64,000 bases of DNA from a virus. Positions within the stretch are counted from its first letter, which is position 1. The number at the start of each line of letters is the position of its first letter. Location of the stretch: IMG/VR virus record IMGVR_UViG_3300045988_169928, positions 32,001-96,000 of that record. One strand, written 5' to 3'. Under the pieces are notes generated by a model that did not search any database, had not been told where the DNA came from, and was given only the letters and a program-made list of their open reading frames with translations. The position numbers and the translations under genes were made by a program. Positions 1-10,387 of the stretch are shown one piece after another.

Positions 1-3000
1 GAACTGCGAAATTTGATCCATAACTTGGACTTTGAACGTGCCAATACAAACTACTACCATATCCATGGGCATTTCCATAAGAATCAAACCAAATACCAGA
101 CGCTGAATTTGATTCGTCCCAATTAACATTGTATTGAGGTTCAATAGTATGTTCTAGTAAAGTGCTATAAGGGAGGGAACCATAAAAGGACAGTGCTGGT
201 TGGGTTGCCGGATTTCCAAAGTTCATCTCACCAGAAATACCAATCCCTGATTTACCATTAATTGAAATGTGCATTCCACCACGATAACTATCCAAAAATG
301 AATAGCTGGAATTAATTTCCAAACCTTCACTGGTTAGTTGTGTTTGCCCTGCAATTCTAACACCCAAAAAGTTACCAGGATTACTAATATGACTTAATTG
401 TAATGATCCCAAGGGGCTAAACTTAGTCTGATACTCATTCACATATTGAGTTGAACTAGTGGTCGTTTGTCCCACAAAGATACCCATACGAACACTATCT
501 ACAGAAACAACATAGGCTTTTTCATTACTACTAATACCCTTACTAATTAAATTTAGTTGTAATAGATTATTGTTAATATACTGTTTATACTCATCTTTCC
601 AAACAAAGTAAAAGTCATACGTATAATAACCGGGCATTAGTGGTTGAAATTCACCATCAATTTCAGTGTAAATACTATCATTACCGGGCTTGGCTACCCC
701 TAGGTTAATTTGTGCGAAACTAGCATTGGTTCCACTCTCGTAGTTAATAGGAATCGAAACAACAACCTTATCACCAGCAGTTAGGTTGTCTGAACGTATA
801 AGCCCCAATACCCCAAATTGGGAAGCGTCTAAGTGTGGATAAGGCATACCAAAGCGGCCACCTAGGGAAGTTAATGTATCTAATCTACCACCAATTAGCT
901 TAGATGTAAATTGGCTAAGATCAACTGCAAATGGATCGGTGACTGAAAGAGGTACCCCGTAGTTATCCCCTTGATTACCTCCCGGATTTGCTGATTCAAC
1001 ATAAACACTATGCAAATAAACATCACTTGATGGAGTATAAGCGACAATACTGTAACCACTTTGTTGGTAGCTGACTGGATTTCCGAAGAAATAGTGTGTA
1101 TTTTGAAGAGCAGTATCTGAATCTGAAACTTCAATAGTAACTCTGGCCCCATTATGCAAACCACAATGCCAAATATAAGCCCCAAAAACATAGGTTACGT
1201 TTGCAGATAGTTTAATTGTTTTATTTTGGGTCGGATATAAATCCGAATTCGATCCAAAAGTAAACAAAGATCCAACTAATCTAGGGAACTCAACAGTTGA
1301 TAAAGTCCAGCTAAGAGTATCGGAACCACCCCAGCCATTCATACCATTGCTATTCATACTTTGATTTACAGAACTGGTAATTGAATCAGTAATATTATAG
1401 TTAATAGTATACTGATTCATACTTCCTTGTTTGTCTTTATCCCAAATTGGAATATAATTTCTAGTGTCTGATACCCCATTAACTGGGGCACTGAACCGGT
1501 GGTTCCAACCATAAGAATCAGCATAAATATCACTTGTCACACCCAAAGCCCGCATAGCGTTATTAGGGGCACTACCAGTACCATTAAAGTTAACTTGACC
1601 AGTTGTCCAAGCGTTATTTAAACTAAGGTAAGAAGAGTTAACACCTGCTATTGAATTCATCAAGTTCAAGTCTTGGGACATACCAAAAGTGGTTTCACCA
1701 ATACTTGATACATGATAACGATACTTATCGGCTTCACTTAGCTTTGAATGATAAGCAGTCCCAATATCTAATTCAGACCCTTCAATTACACCATCTGAAT
1801 AAGTCCCATTAGAAATTTGAGCGTTTTTCGAGGTAGAGGTCATTGCCCCATTGCCATCAATTTTAAAACCTGAACCAAACACAATCTCACTATTTTGACT
1901 CGTCAAGGTAAGTTTATCAACAGACACATTACCATGAATTACAGCGTCTTGAGCGATTAAGGTACCAGATGAGGTTATCCACGTCTTAGTATTCCCAGAT
2001 TTATCCTTTGTAGCAAACAGACCAGCGTCACCAGCTAGAGAATCATTACTACCATAAGTGCCTGCTGTGCTTTGGCTACCAACTGATGGCCCTTGAATGG
2101 TTAAGCCACCCTTGGAAATGACAACACTACCACCACCTTGGGGAGAAACTTCCATTCCATTTTGGTCAATGGTAAAGGAGCCGTTTGCCGCTACAATCGA
2201 ACCATTAACAGACAACGTACCACTTAAAGTAAGATCTTGTCCTGAAAAGTCAACCCCTGATATATTACCTGTTGAGATGGTAGAACCTGTAATAGTAAGA
2301 TTACCATTGGTATCAACATGGAACACATCTACTCCCGACTTCTTAATTGCAAAACCATTACTTGAGTTAACTATTACCTGTGTTTTGTCTGCTGTGGCAG
2401 TTAAACCATTGTCATTAAGGGTGACACCCTTATAAGTTACGTCCTTACGAACAGCATTGGAAGATACATCGGCAATATTAGATGAATAATTAGTAGACAA
2501 CTTGTCTACCGTTACCATAAAGTTAACCCGGTTTACCTCATCTGGAGAGAAACTATATCCAGCCCGGAAGTAAGCAGTCTTAGCCGGCGCATTAGCATAT
2601 GCAACCAGTCGAGTGTTATTGGTACTAGAAATATGACCATTTGATACATAAGCGGTTAAGGTGGAAACTTGACCGTCCCCCTTCGAGCTACTTACCAACG
2701 TTTCATTGCTAGACCCTTGATAAGCAGGAGTGTGCCCGACAAAGGCAAAGGAAACCCGTCCCTGTAAATCAGCAGGTGCATAGGTAGAAGGCAATCCATA
2801 CGACTGTAACAAGGTACATAGATCTTGTGACGCTGTTTGGAAGTCGGTAGAATCTTGAATAAAGCTATCTCGGGTTGCAATTGCTACTACTAGATCTTGA
2901 CTAGAAATTGATTTTAAGTAGTTTACTAAAGCATTAGCATTATCAACCGTAGCAAACGTGTCCCAATATTGTGTATCTACCCTTCGTCCAGAATATGGAT

Positions 3001-6000
3001 CAAAAGTGGCAACAGTAGTGCCTCGCCCAGAAACAGCTAACTTAGATTGTAATAAACCAGACGTTTGAATATAAAGGTCTTGATAATTAGTTGTCGCGGC
3101 TTGAGAAACAATACTAATTTTTAGCATTCGTTCATTGTAGTAAACCCCATTCAAACTTTGTGGGTTAGTAAATTGACTATTATTACCATCTAAAGTGGAA
3201 TTTCCTTGATGGTTATTAGTACCATTAGAAATAAAATTGTGATCACTATCTGCAAACTCAACACTAGCACTAGTAGTTATTCCCGGATAAGCAGGATAAT
3301 CGTAGTGAGTTAGGAATACCCGTTGGCCCTCACTAATTGGATACCAAGGTGTATAGTATTTATTTTGTAACCAACTAGCATAGATACTGTCAGAAGGGTT
3401 AGGCGACCAAGGGTGGGCAACGGTACCTTCCTCGACCATTGGTAATCGTACATAAGCATCACAACTTTCACTCTTAGCATGGTAGATGATATGTGCTTTG
3501 TTTGCACTATTAACAGTTCCGCTGACAGCATATCTTGTCCAGTTGCTAGTTAAGGTGACTACTTTTGTAAAATCACCTTCACGACCAATCATAAATGTGC
3601 CAGACCCTTTCATTTCGACTGAGAACGTTTCTGAATCACCAATCGCAAATGGTTCTGTACTATTAGCATAGATAGCATTCCATCTACCATAGAATCCACC
3701 ACTGCTTGTGGTGCTTGTGATATGTGCTGTTGCTATGCCATCACTACCGGTATTCCAATCAACGGTTGGATTGTTTATATCTGTATTTGCAAAAGATTTT
3801 GAATTAAGCCATAGGTTTAGTCCGCCTCTATTGACAGAACTACCTTTTTGCAAAGTAGTTAAGTCCCAATAGTTACTACCCTGTGCTACCGTAATACTAT
3901 CGTCCCTAGTGTAATCTTTAATTGCATTCCCAGCAACTAACTTTACACTCCTAAAGGAAACGGTACCCTTAGTTTCACTATTGTAAACTTGACCCAATAA
4001 AGCAGTTAAAACAGACCCTTTATCCCACGTACCAGAAACAGTACACGTATAAGTTACCCAATCAGTAGTTAGTAATAACTTAGTCTCACTATCTGTACTG
4101 GTAAAGGTGCTAGTTTGGTTTGGAACACTAGGTGAAGTGGTAACTGATACTTGGGTGGTTTTATTCTGTAATTGTGAATATGCGTTCCCCCAAGCAGGGT
4201 ACATATGAACATAATCGCCGCTAACGGTACTTTTAGCTTGAACTTGGAATGTATAAGTAGTATCAGTTGAAGTATAGTCAAAAGGATAATCCCCATTGTA
4301 AGTGCTAGTCGAATCTAGAACAGGATTTGAGTAGTAAGTAACATCATCAACCATTAACAGGTTTTTATCACCATTGATATTGGCCTGTAAATTACTATCT
4401 AATGACTGAATAGTCAATTGTTGTAGTGTCCAATCGCTTTGAGTGAATGCACCGCTTGGTCTAGCAGTTGTACAGAAATAAGTTGACCCAGATGTTGTCC
4501 AAATATCCCCTAAATCATAGGGAGTAGTTGGGGTAGAGGTAAAGTTACGTTTCTTAGATGAATCAAACATCTTTACCCATGTGTACTTGGTAGGGTCATC
4601 TGAACTGGTTAGATTGTAATCAGTATAAGTACCAAAATAATTATAAGAATTATTACCAGGTGTATCTGTAAATCCTACACTACCATCTGCTGAATTAGCA
4701 TAAGCAATATGGAAATAAGTAGTTTGACCATCTGCACCTGGCTTACCTGGAACCCCATCGGCACCCTTAATTAAACTCCATGTATAATCAGTAGCTGTAC
4801 TTGACTCATTGCTACTTTCCTTGTTGTAAGCTATCCCGATATAGCTCATTCCCGTTGGTGAGTCGCTCATGCTACTCCCGCTACTATCAGTGGCATACTT
4901 AATCCACGTATAGTAAGTTTTGCCATCTACACCCTTAGCTCCTGGAATACCTTGGTCACCCTGATCACCTTTGGGACCTTGTACTAATTGCCAAGAGTAA
5001 AGTGCTGGATTAGTGCTATCAGTTTGTATGAAGTCCGTATAACTACCAATGTATTTTCTAGAACCAGGAGTATCAAGAGAAAAGTTTGTTTTACCATCAC
5101 TGCTATCAGCATAGGCAATATGGAGGTATGGTGTCTTACCATCAGCACCTGGCTTACCCGGTACCCCATCTTTACCATCTGCACCATCTGCACCCTTGAT
5201 TAATGACCAAGCGTATTTAGTAGGATCAGTGCTATCTTCAGATGTAAAGTCAACATACATACCAATATAAGTTCGATTGCTATCTGATACTGTAAAGTCA
5301 GTTTTACCGTCTAAAGAGTTAGCATAAGCAATATGAGTGTAACTTGACTTACCATCTGCACCAGCAGGTCCTTGAATACCTTGTTCACCTTTTGGGCCTT
5401 GAAGACCTTGTAAACCCTGTTCACCAGGGTCACCCTTTAGTCTAGACCATGTGTACTTAGTATGATCAGAGGAATCTTCTTCAGTAAAGTCAGTATAAGT
5501 ACCAACATATAAAGCATTAGCAAAGTAAGTTAAGTTAAAGCCATTAGTACCATCACTACTATTAGCATAGGCAAAGTGTACATAACTTGTTTTACCATCA
5601 GCACCTGGTTTACCCGGCACCCCATCTTTACCATCTGTACCATCAGTACCTTTCATTAATGACCACGTGTACTTAGTAGGGTCAGTGCTATCTTCAGATG
5701 TAAAGTCAACTAGCAAACCAATATAAGAAGCACCACTAAAGCTATCTACACTAAAATTACTCTTACCATCAGCACTAGTTGCATAAGCAATGTGGGTATA
5801 ACTAGTTTTACCGTCTGTACCAGGAATACCTTGTGGACCCTGGGTAGGAACAACTACCCATGTACCATTTTGATACTGTTTTAGTGTACCATCTGTATCT
5901 GTCCAAAAGTCACCATCATTAGGGTCAGCTGGGGCAGAACTAGCAACATAATTATTGTTAACATTATTATCAATAAACTGTACCCAATTCTTGCTAGAAA

Positions 6001-7945
6001 TATCCCATTTGTAAACATTGTACTTAGTCTTACCATCACTAGTAGAAGCAACATTTTGATACCATAAATCACCATCATTGTATTGAGTACCACTAGGTTC
6101 GGTGGCTTGATAGTAGTTATGAGGTAACTTATCTGCGGTTTCTTGGGCTTTTTCAGCGGCTGTCTTTGCGTCTTGGTAGCCCTTGAGGTTAGCTTCCTGC
6201 CAGACACTATTGGTATACTGCATAATATTGCTAGTACCATCAGAGTTAGTTTGAAGCCAAAGGTCGCCCTCTTTAACGTTAGCTCGATCTGGTTCTTGTG
6301 ACCCTTGATAGATAGAGTTAGCCTTATTAGAGGTTTCACCAACCTTCTGGTTTAACTGGGAAGTAAACTTGCTCCGATATGTTTCTAACAAGCCCATGAA
6401 GTCAGTAATTGCTTCATCAATCTTTACCCGATCAACTTTAACATTACCCTCGGTTTCAAAAATCCAATCGGTTAAGTTTTTTAAGGAGTTTTCATTCGTT
6501 TTGAGTTCGCTAACGTCAATTCCAACCGTAGTCCCATAGTCCATTAAGGCTTGGCACTGTGAATACAAAGCATTGAGTTGCTGTTGTAATTGGGCCTTAT
6601 CATGGGGGGTTAAAATGTCGGGGTCTGAACTAGCGTCCCCACTAATTTTAACCCCAGTTGAACCTGATGTTCCATTATTAACCTGAATCGAACCCGCTGT
6701 AATGGTTCCCATATCTGGACTAATATCAGACAGTTTAATAATGTTCATCTTATCAGCCGTGACTGTCTTATCCTTTAGCTTAGTACCATCAATGGTACTA
6801 TCTTCAATGTTATCCCCAGAAAAGTTCTTAACTGTAATCTTGCTAAAGTCCATGACCCCGCCGTCAAGGAACATACTAAGAGCGGATAGGCTATTTGAGT
6901 TAGAATCAAATAACTTAACATCATTGATATAAACCCCGTCCGTCCGAACTTCAAGATTAGTGGCTTGCTCCTTGGAATCAACTGTTGTGGAACTCTTTAA
7001 AGAGATAGTATCATCTTTGGTTTTCCCTAGGTCGAAAGTAACAGTCGTTGGGGCACTATCAAAATCAGCAGTATAGGTCTGATCTTCTTCACTAGCCCGA
7101 GGTAGGCCTGCCTTTTTCTTTTGGTGGCCGATATACTTGTTGAGTTGCATACCGTTCTTATCCATATGTAAGACGGTAGAAACTCCAGTAAAGGAGGTGT
7201 TAGTAAAGACTAACTCAAAATCCCCGGACTTATTAACATAAAACCGGGTAATGTGATTATCTGCGTCTAAGCCATTTGGGTTATCCTCATGGACAAGTAA
7301 CCAATCCCCGGCTTTTTCCCGTTGTGGGTCATGGATCTTTCCATCAATGGTTGAATAAGGAACCAAGGATAAGTCAGTATAAAGTTCTGAATAGTCTTGG
7401 GAAGTATCATCATCAATGACCATAAAGGAATAACCATTCAAACTTTCAAATAGCCGACCGGAACCCGATCGATAACTAATTTGACCAGAATGGTGAACGT
7501 GTTGTTCTGCTAGACCTGTTTCAGCAATGTAACCATCTTTATCATCACCACTATCAAATAGGGTTGGTGAAATAGCTTCGTATTGTTCCCCATTAGGAGC
7601 ATATACCCCAATTACAATTGGTGACGTCTTGTGACCATTAAGATAAGCGATGGCTACAGTATCACCAATCTGAACTGGGCGGTAGTGTCCATAAGTACGA
7701 CCTTCACTATCTTGGCCAAAGTAATCAAGTGGAATCCGAGCGCTCCCAGTCCCATTACCACTACCATCAGCAACAATACTAGATACCCCGCTAGTCAACT
7801 TAAAGTCTAGGGTTCCTTGGTGATAGTAAACCTTAGTAACTTTACCCAAGACAATTAAACTAGCGTCCTCACTGGAACCAATATTTACCTTAGATAAACT
7901 AGCTTGGTGTGTCGTGGGGTCAAGATTAAAGATATTATTACTCAT
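1..7945 (-). CDS. Giant tail fibre / adhesin-like structural protein. Only the 5' part is here; the gene runs past the window start, so more than 2,640 codons lie in the window. It has collagen-like Gly-X-Y runs and about six tandem ~75-aa repeat modules, followed by a Gly/Ser/Thr-rich, beta-helix-like C-terminal region.
   Basis: I translated the reverse strand by hand from the ATG at complement 7943-7945 (mRNA-sense AAGGAGG sits 10 nt upstream) and met no stop down to position 1. The ORF track shows only short ORFs here because edge-crossing ORFs are omitted. Collagen-like segments include GPQGIPGTDGKT and GDPGEQGLQGLQGPKGEQGIQGPAGADGK. Repeated modules of the form YTHIAYA.S.DGK..F.....YIG.Y.DFT.EDS.DPTKYTWS..KG show up as DNA tandem repeats at about 4690-5900. 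Confidence 0.7.
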   Translation of the reverse strand, partial: MSNNIFNLDPTTHQASLSKVNIGSSEDASLIVLGKVTKVYYHQGTLDFKLTSGVSSIVADGSGNGTGSARIPLDYFGQDSEGRTYGHYRPVQIGDTVAIAYLNGHKTSPIVIGVYAPNGEQYEAISPTLFDSGDDKDGYIAETGLAEQHVHHSGQISYRSGSGRLFESLNGYSFMVIDDDTSQDYSELYTDLSLVPYSTIDGKIHDPQREKAGDWLLVHEDNPNGLDADNHITRFYVNKSGDFELVFTNTSFTGVSTVLHMDKNGMQLNKYIGHQKKKAGLPRASEEDQTYTADFDSAPTTVTFDLGKTKDDTISLKSSTTVDSKEQATNLEVRTDGVYINDVKLFDSNSNSLSALSMFLDGGVMDFSKITVKNFSGDNIEDSTIDGTKLKDKTVTADKMNIIKLSDISPDMGTITAGSIQVNNGTSGSTGVKISGDASSDPDILTPHDKAQLQQQLNALYSQCQALMDYGTTVGIDVSELKTNENSLKNLTDWIFETEGNVKVDRVKIDEAITDFMGLLETYRSKFTSQLNQKVGETSNKANSIYQGSQEPDRANVKEGDLWLQTNSDGTSNIMQYTNSVWQEANLKGYQDAKTAAEKAQETADKLPHNYYQATEPSGTQYNDGDLWYQNVASTSDGKTKYNVYKWDISSKNWVQFIDNNVNNNYVASSAPADPNDGDFWTDTDGTLKQYQNGTWVVVPTQGPQGIPGTDGKTSYTHIAYATSADGKSNFSVDSFSGASYIGLLVDFTSEDSTDPTKYTWSLMKGTDGTDGKDGVPGKPGADGKTSYVHFAYANSSDGTNGFNLTYFANALYVGTYTDFTEEDSSDHTKYTWSRLKGDPGEQGLQGLQGPKGEQGIQGPAGADGKSSYTHIAYANSLDGKTDFTVSDSNRTYIGMYVDFTSEDSTDPTKYAWSLIKGADGADGKDGVPGKPGADGKTPYLHIAYADSSDGKTNFSLDTPGSRKYIGSYTDFIQTDSTNPALYSWQLVQGPKGDQGDQGIPGAKGVDGKTYYTWIKYATDSSGSSMSDSPTGMSYIGIAYNKESSNESSTATDYTWSLIKGADGVPGKPGADGQTTYFHIAYANSADGSVGFTDTPGNNSYNYFGTYTDYNLTSSDDPTKYTWVKMFDSSKKRNFTSTPTTPYDLGDIWTTSGSTYFCTTARPSGAFTQSDWTLQQLTIQSLDSNLQANINGDKNLLMVDDVTYYSNPVLDSTSTYNGDYPFDYTSTDTTYTFQVQAKSTVSGDYVHMYPAWGNAYSQLQNKTTQVSVTTSPSVPNQTSTFTSTDSETKLLLTTDWVTYTCTVSGTWDKGSVLTALLGQVYNSETKGTVSFRSVKLVAGNAIKDYTRDDSITVAQGSNYWDLTTLQKGSSVNRGGLNLWLNSKSFANTDINNPTVDWNTGSDGIATAHITSTTSSGGFYGRWNAIYANSTEPFAIGDSETFSVEMKGSGTFMIGREGDFTKVVTLTSNWTRYAVSGTVNSANKAHIIYHAKSESCDAYVRLPMVEEGTVAHPWSPNPSDSIYASWLQNKYYTPWYPISEGQRVFLTHYDYPAYPGITTSASVEFADSDHNFISNGTNNHQGNSTLDGNNSQFTNPQSLNGVYYNERMLKISIVSQAATTNYQDLYIQTSGLLQSKLAVSGRGTTVATFDPYSGRRVDTQYWDTFATVDNANALVNYLKSISSQDLVVAIATRDSFIQDSTDFQTASQDLCTLLQSYGLPSTYAPADLQGRVSFAFVGHTPAYQGSSNETLVSSSKGDGQVSTLTAYVSNGHISSTNNTRLVAYANAPAKTAYFRAGYSFSPDEVNRVNFMVTVDKLSTNYSSNIADVSSNAVRKDVTYKGVTLNDNGLTATADKTQVIVNSSNGFAIKKSGVDVFHVDTNGNLTITGSTISTGNISGVDFSGQDLTLSGTLSVNGSIVAANGSFTIDQNGMEVSPQGGGSVVISKGGLTIQGPSVGSQSTAGTYGSNDSLAGDAGLFATKDKSGNTKTWITSSGTLIAQDAVIHGNVSVDKLTLTSQNSEIVFGSGFKIDGNGAMTSTSKNAQISNGTYSDGVIEGSELDIGTAYHSKLSEADKYRYHVSSIGETTFGMSQDLNLMNSIAGVNSSYLSLNNAWTTGQVNFNGTGSAPNNAMRALGVTSDIYADSYGWNHRFSAPVNGVSDTRNYIPIWDKDKQGSMNQYTINYNITDSITSSVNQSMNSNGMNGWGGSDTLSWTLSTVEFPRLVGSLFTFGSNSDLYPTQNKTIKLSANVTYVFGAYIWHCGLHNGARVTIEVSDSDTALQNTHYFFGNPVSYQQSGYSIVAYTPSSDVYLHSVYVESANPGGNQGDNYGVPLSVTDPFAVDLSQFTSKLIGGRLDTLTSLGGRFGMPYPHLDASQFGVLGLIRSDNLTAGDKVVVSIPINYESGTNASFAQINLGVAKPGNDSIYTEIDGEFQPLMPGYYTYDFYFVWKDEYKQYINNNLLQLNLISKGISSNEKAYVVSVDSVRMGIFVGQTTTSSTQYVNEYQTKFSPLGSLQLSHISNPGNFLGVRIAGQTQLTSEGLEINSSYSFLDSYRGGMHISINGKSGIGISGEMNFGNPATQPALSFYGSLPYSTLLEHTIEPQYNVNWDESNSASGIWFDSYGNAHGYGSSLYWHVQSPSYGSNFAV

Positions 7946-7960
7946 ATACACCACCCCTCC

Positions 7961-8500
7961 TTAAAATTTAAGCATATACTTAACTACCTTAGAATTGGTA
8001 TTAGTATAAGTTTCTAACATTCGATTCTCATAAAAGAGTAAGGAACCTGTACTTGATACAGCATTGGCCAAAAGAGCATGACTAGCTAAGTCTTTTTGAA
8101 AATCAACAACTCCAATTTGGGTGTACTTAAAGGTATCTAATTCTGATACTGATAGGGTTCCTACTAAACATACATAACGTGCGTCTTGAGTTGGGATCCC
8201 CGTACTAGGTAAAACCGTAGTCGGGTCTACAATTGACCACGCCTTTGACTTATAAGTAATGGTTGTGTCAGTATCGGTAGATGACGTAGAAGCAGTATTT
8301 GTGTCATAACACAGATAAAGATGGTCAACCTTTAAAAAGGCTTTGGGGTCTGTTAAAGAAGTAGTTGTTTCGTTCTCTGCTTCCAGGTTATTAGAATCTG
8401 GCCAGTCAGCTTCCTTAGCAAACTCAAAGTAGAGATGACTATGATTATTAATAAAATTGATTGCTTGTTGAATATGTCCAACTTGTGTTGTAATTGCCAT
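7961..8500 (-). CDS. Hypothetical protein lying between the two fibre genes; possibly a fibre assembly or accessory protein.
   Basis: ORF of 179 aa, tightly packed with only 15 nt to the downstream giant gene. I recognise no motif. Confidence 0.4.
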   Translation of the reverse strand: MAITTQVGHIQQAINFINNHSHLYFEFAKEADWPDSNNLEAENETTTSLTDPKAFLKVDHLYLCYDTNTASTSSTDTDTTITYKSKAWSIVDPTTVLPSTGIPTQDARYVCLVGTLSVSELDTFKYTQIGVVDFQKDLASHALLANAVSSTGSLLFYENRMLETYTNTNSKVVKYMLKF

Positions 8501-8511
8501 ATTTTCCTCAC

Positions 8512-10383
8512 TTAATTTGTTTCCATTGTGAATGTTTCAGCACTATTAGCTAATGTAATTATATCACTTGGGGCGTTAAATAAATACCCTAGGTAATTAA
8601 CTGATAGGATAGTGATATTAGCTACTGTTGGCCAAACCTGAAACATGAAGTTACCCCCATCTGATAGATATGGGGCTATACTTGATAGATTAACCTTAAA
8701 GATAGTGTAATCAGAATGAACTTCATATTCAATAATTGGCTTGACCCAAAGATGGAGATTGTAGTCATATAATTCTAAACGAACATCTTGGGTTAAATCA
8801 ATGTTGGCTTGGTTTTGCAAAACAAGTTCTAATCGTTGGGTATTAGAATTAGCTAAGTTATCTAGGATAAACTGCTTAGCAGTCTGTTCACTAGATTTAA
8901 TTGCTTGCTTGTATACGGTTAAGTAACCTAAAAGATCAACCCCACCTAACAGGCTAGTTTGTGTTTGATCAACGGTAAACGAACTAGCTTGACTATCAAT
9001 TGAACTAATCAAAGTTGGTTGGGTAGTAATTTGACTACCTAACTGTTGTTTTAGGTTTTGTGAGGTAATACCCAACTCTGCTTGTTGCTTAGTTTGTAAC
9101 CAACTATTATAGATACTATTAGAAGGATTAGGTGACCAAGGAGTAGCTATACTACCCTTTTCAATTTTGATGTGTTTAATCTTTAGCAAAGTTGATTTAT
9201 TGGCATAAATAACCCAGTTAACCCAGCCACTATTCCTATTAACAGTGAAAGTATTTGATATTCTTTGCCAATCGCTAGTTAAATTAACTTGACCTAAATT
9301 ACCGTTATCACTACCTTCATAATGAAAATTGCTTCCTTGAATAAAACCATTCCCACATACATCAGCGGATAATGTATATACTTGTCCTACCTCTGGTATA
9401 AATGTACTGGCCCAAGCACCCCAATAGGGACCAAGGCCACTAATTGGTGCATTATTAGCATATTGGACATAGTCTGTTTCATCATCATACTTCTGTATAG
9501 TCTGTGTTCCGTTGTTGTTATGGAAAGGAAACTCAAATTTTGCTGTTCCTGTTAATAAGTTAGTACCACCACCAGTCGTATCAATGACTGTATCATAATC
9601 TTCTTTGTTACTCCCAATATATACTACTGGGTTATAACTAGAGTTACTGGTTGCATACTGTTTTCCCGCATTTAGGTTATCCTTGTTATAGTTAAAAGGA
9701 TCACCTACATAGGTTGCTAAGTCGAGCTTACTATTTAGATAGGCGGAATTAGTCTGGGTAAAGTTAGCATAGTCTGTATCTGAACTTTCAATAATTTGAG
9801 TGGTTGGTAAACTCAAGTCTAAAATCGGTGCTGTATTATTAATTACATTGACTAAACTTGTTACTACCCAATATACACCGGCCGGTCGAAATAGATTGAT
9901 AATCTCATTTACAATCTCACTGTAAGGGCCTTCAATTTGAACATCAATTACTGCATAACGATAGTAGGGATCAGTAAAAAATTTATGTGTATTATAATGA
10001 CTAGCATTCCAAACAAACATATCTCGCCAAGGTTCATAAATGTAGATATGATCTTGGTTAATCTTTAAGAAATCAGTTAAGGCTTTAGTTAAGGCCGGAA
10101 TGGTGTTCCGTTCATGCAAAACATGATTAACCAAAGCGGTTCGATAATCATCATCGCTTCGGTTATCCCGGTGTAACCCTAACCAACGACCCCAGTAATC
10201 AAGCCATCTACCATTAGCGGTATCAAGATATGTTTCTAGTTTAGAACTGTATAGGTCTAATTCTGTTTTATCTAACTCACTCTGTAAACTACTAATAAAA
10301 GCGTCATTAGCTGAACCATCGTCCTTAGTAATACCTTGGACGTTAAACCCCCAAAAGGGTTGTAAATTATCTTTAATTGCCAT
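8512..10383 (-). CDS. Tail fibre or baseplate-distal protein. It shares a conserved segment (..PWSPNPS.SIY.SWLQ..) with the giant fibre.
   Basis: ORF of 623 aa. The motif ATPWSPNPSNSIYNSWLQ at about 9105-9155 matches HPWSPNPSDSIYASWLQ in the giant gene at about 3375-3425 at both protein and DNA level. Confidence 0.55.
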   Translation of the reverse strand: MAIKDNLQPFWGFNVQGITKDDGSANDAFISSLQSELDKTELDLYSSKLETYLDTANGRWLDYWGRWLGLHRDNRSDDDYRTALVNHVLHERNTIPALTKALTDFLKINQDHIYIYEPWRDMFVWNASHYNTHKFFTDPYYRYAVIDVQIEGPYSEIVNEIINLFRPAGVYWVVTSLVNVINNTAPILDLSLPTTQIIESSDTDYANFTQTNSAYLNSKLDLATYVGDPFNYNKDNLNAGKQYATSNSSYNPVVYIGSNKEDYDTVIDTTGGGTNLLTGTAKFEFPFHNNNGTQTIQKYDDETDYVQYANNAPISGLGPYWGAWASTFIPEVGQVYTLSADVCGNGFIQGSNFHYEGSDNGNLGQVNLTSDWQRISNTFTVNRNSGWVNWVIYANKSTLLKIKHIKIEKGSIATPWSPNPSNSIYNSWLQTKQQAELGITSQNLKQQLGSQITTQPTLISSIDSQASSFTVDQTQTSLLGGVDLLGYLTVYKQAIKSSEQTAKQFILDNLANSNTQRLELVLQNQANIDLTQDVRLELYDYNLHLWVKPIIEYEVHSDYTIFKVNLSSIAPYLSDGGNFMFQVWPTVANITILSVNYLGYLFNAPSDIITLANSAETFTMETN

Positions 10384-10387
10384 TTAA

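Noticed and set aside
4690-5900. Tandem DNA repeats that could be mistaken for a CRISPR array or satellite.
   Set aside because: The repeats are about 225 nt, in-frame, and encode collagen-like and domain repeats of the fibre protein. There are no short direct repeats separated by unique spacers and no cas genes.
895-6981. Many 60-150-aa ORFs on both strands inside 1..7945 (for example 2097..2435 plus, 5881..6342 minus).
   Set aside because: They lie in other frames of, or antisense to, the single long open frame of the giant fibre gene. They have no RBS and are artefacts of the repeat-rich, low-stop-content sequence.
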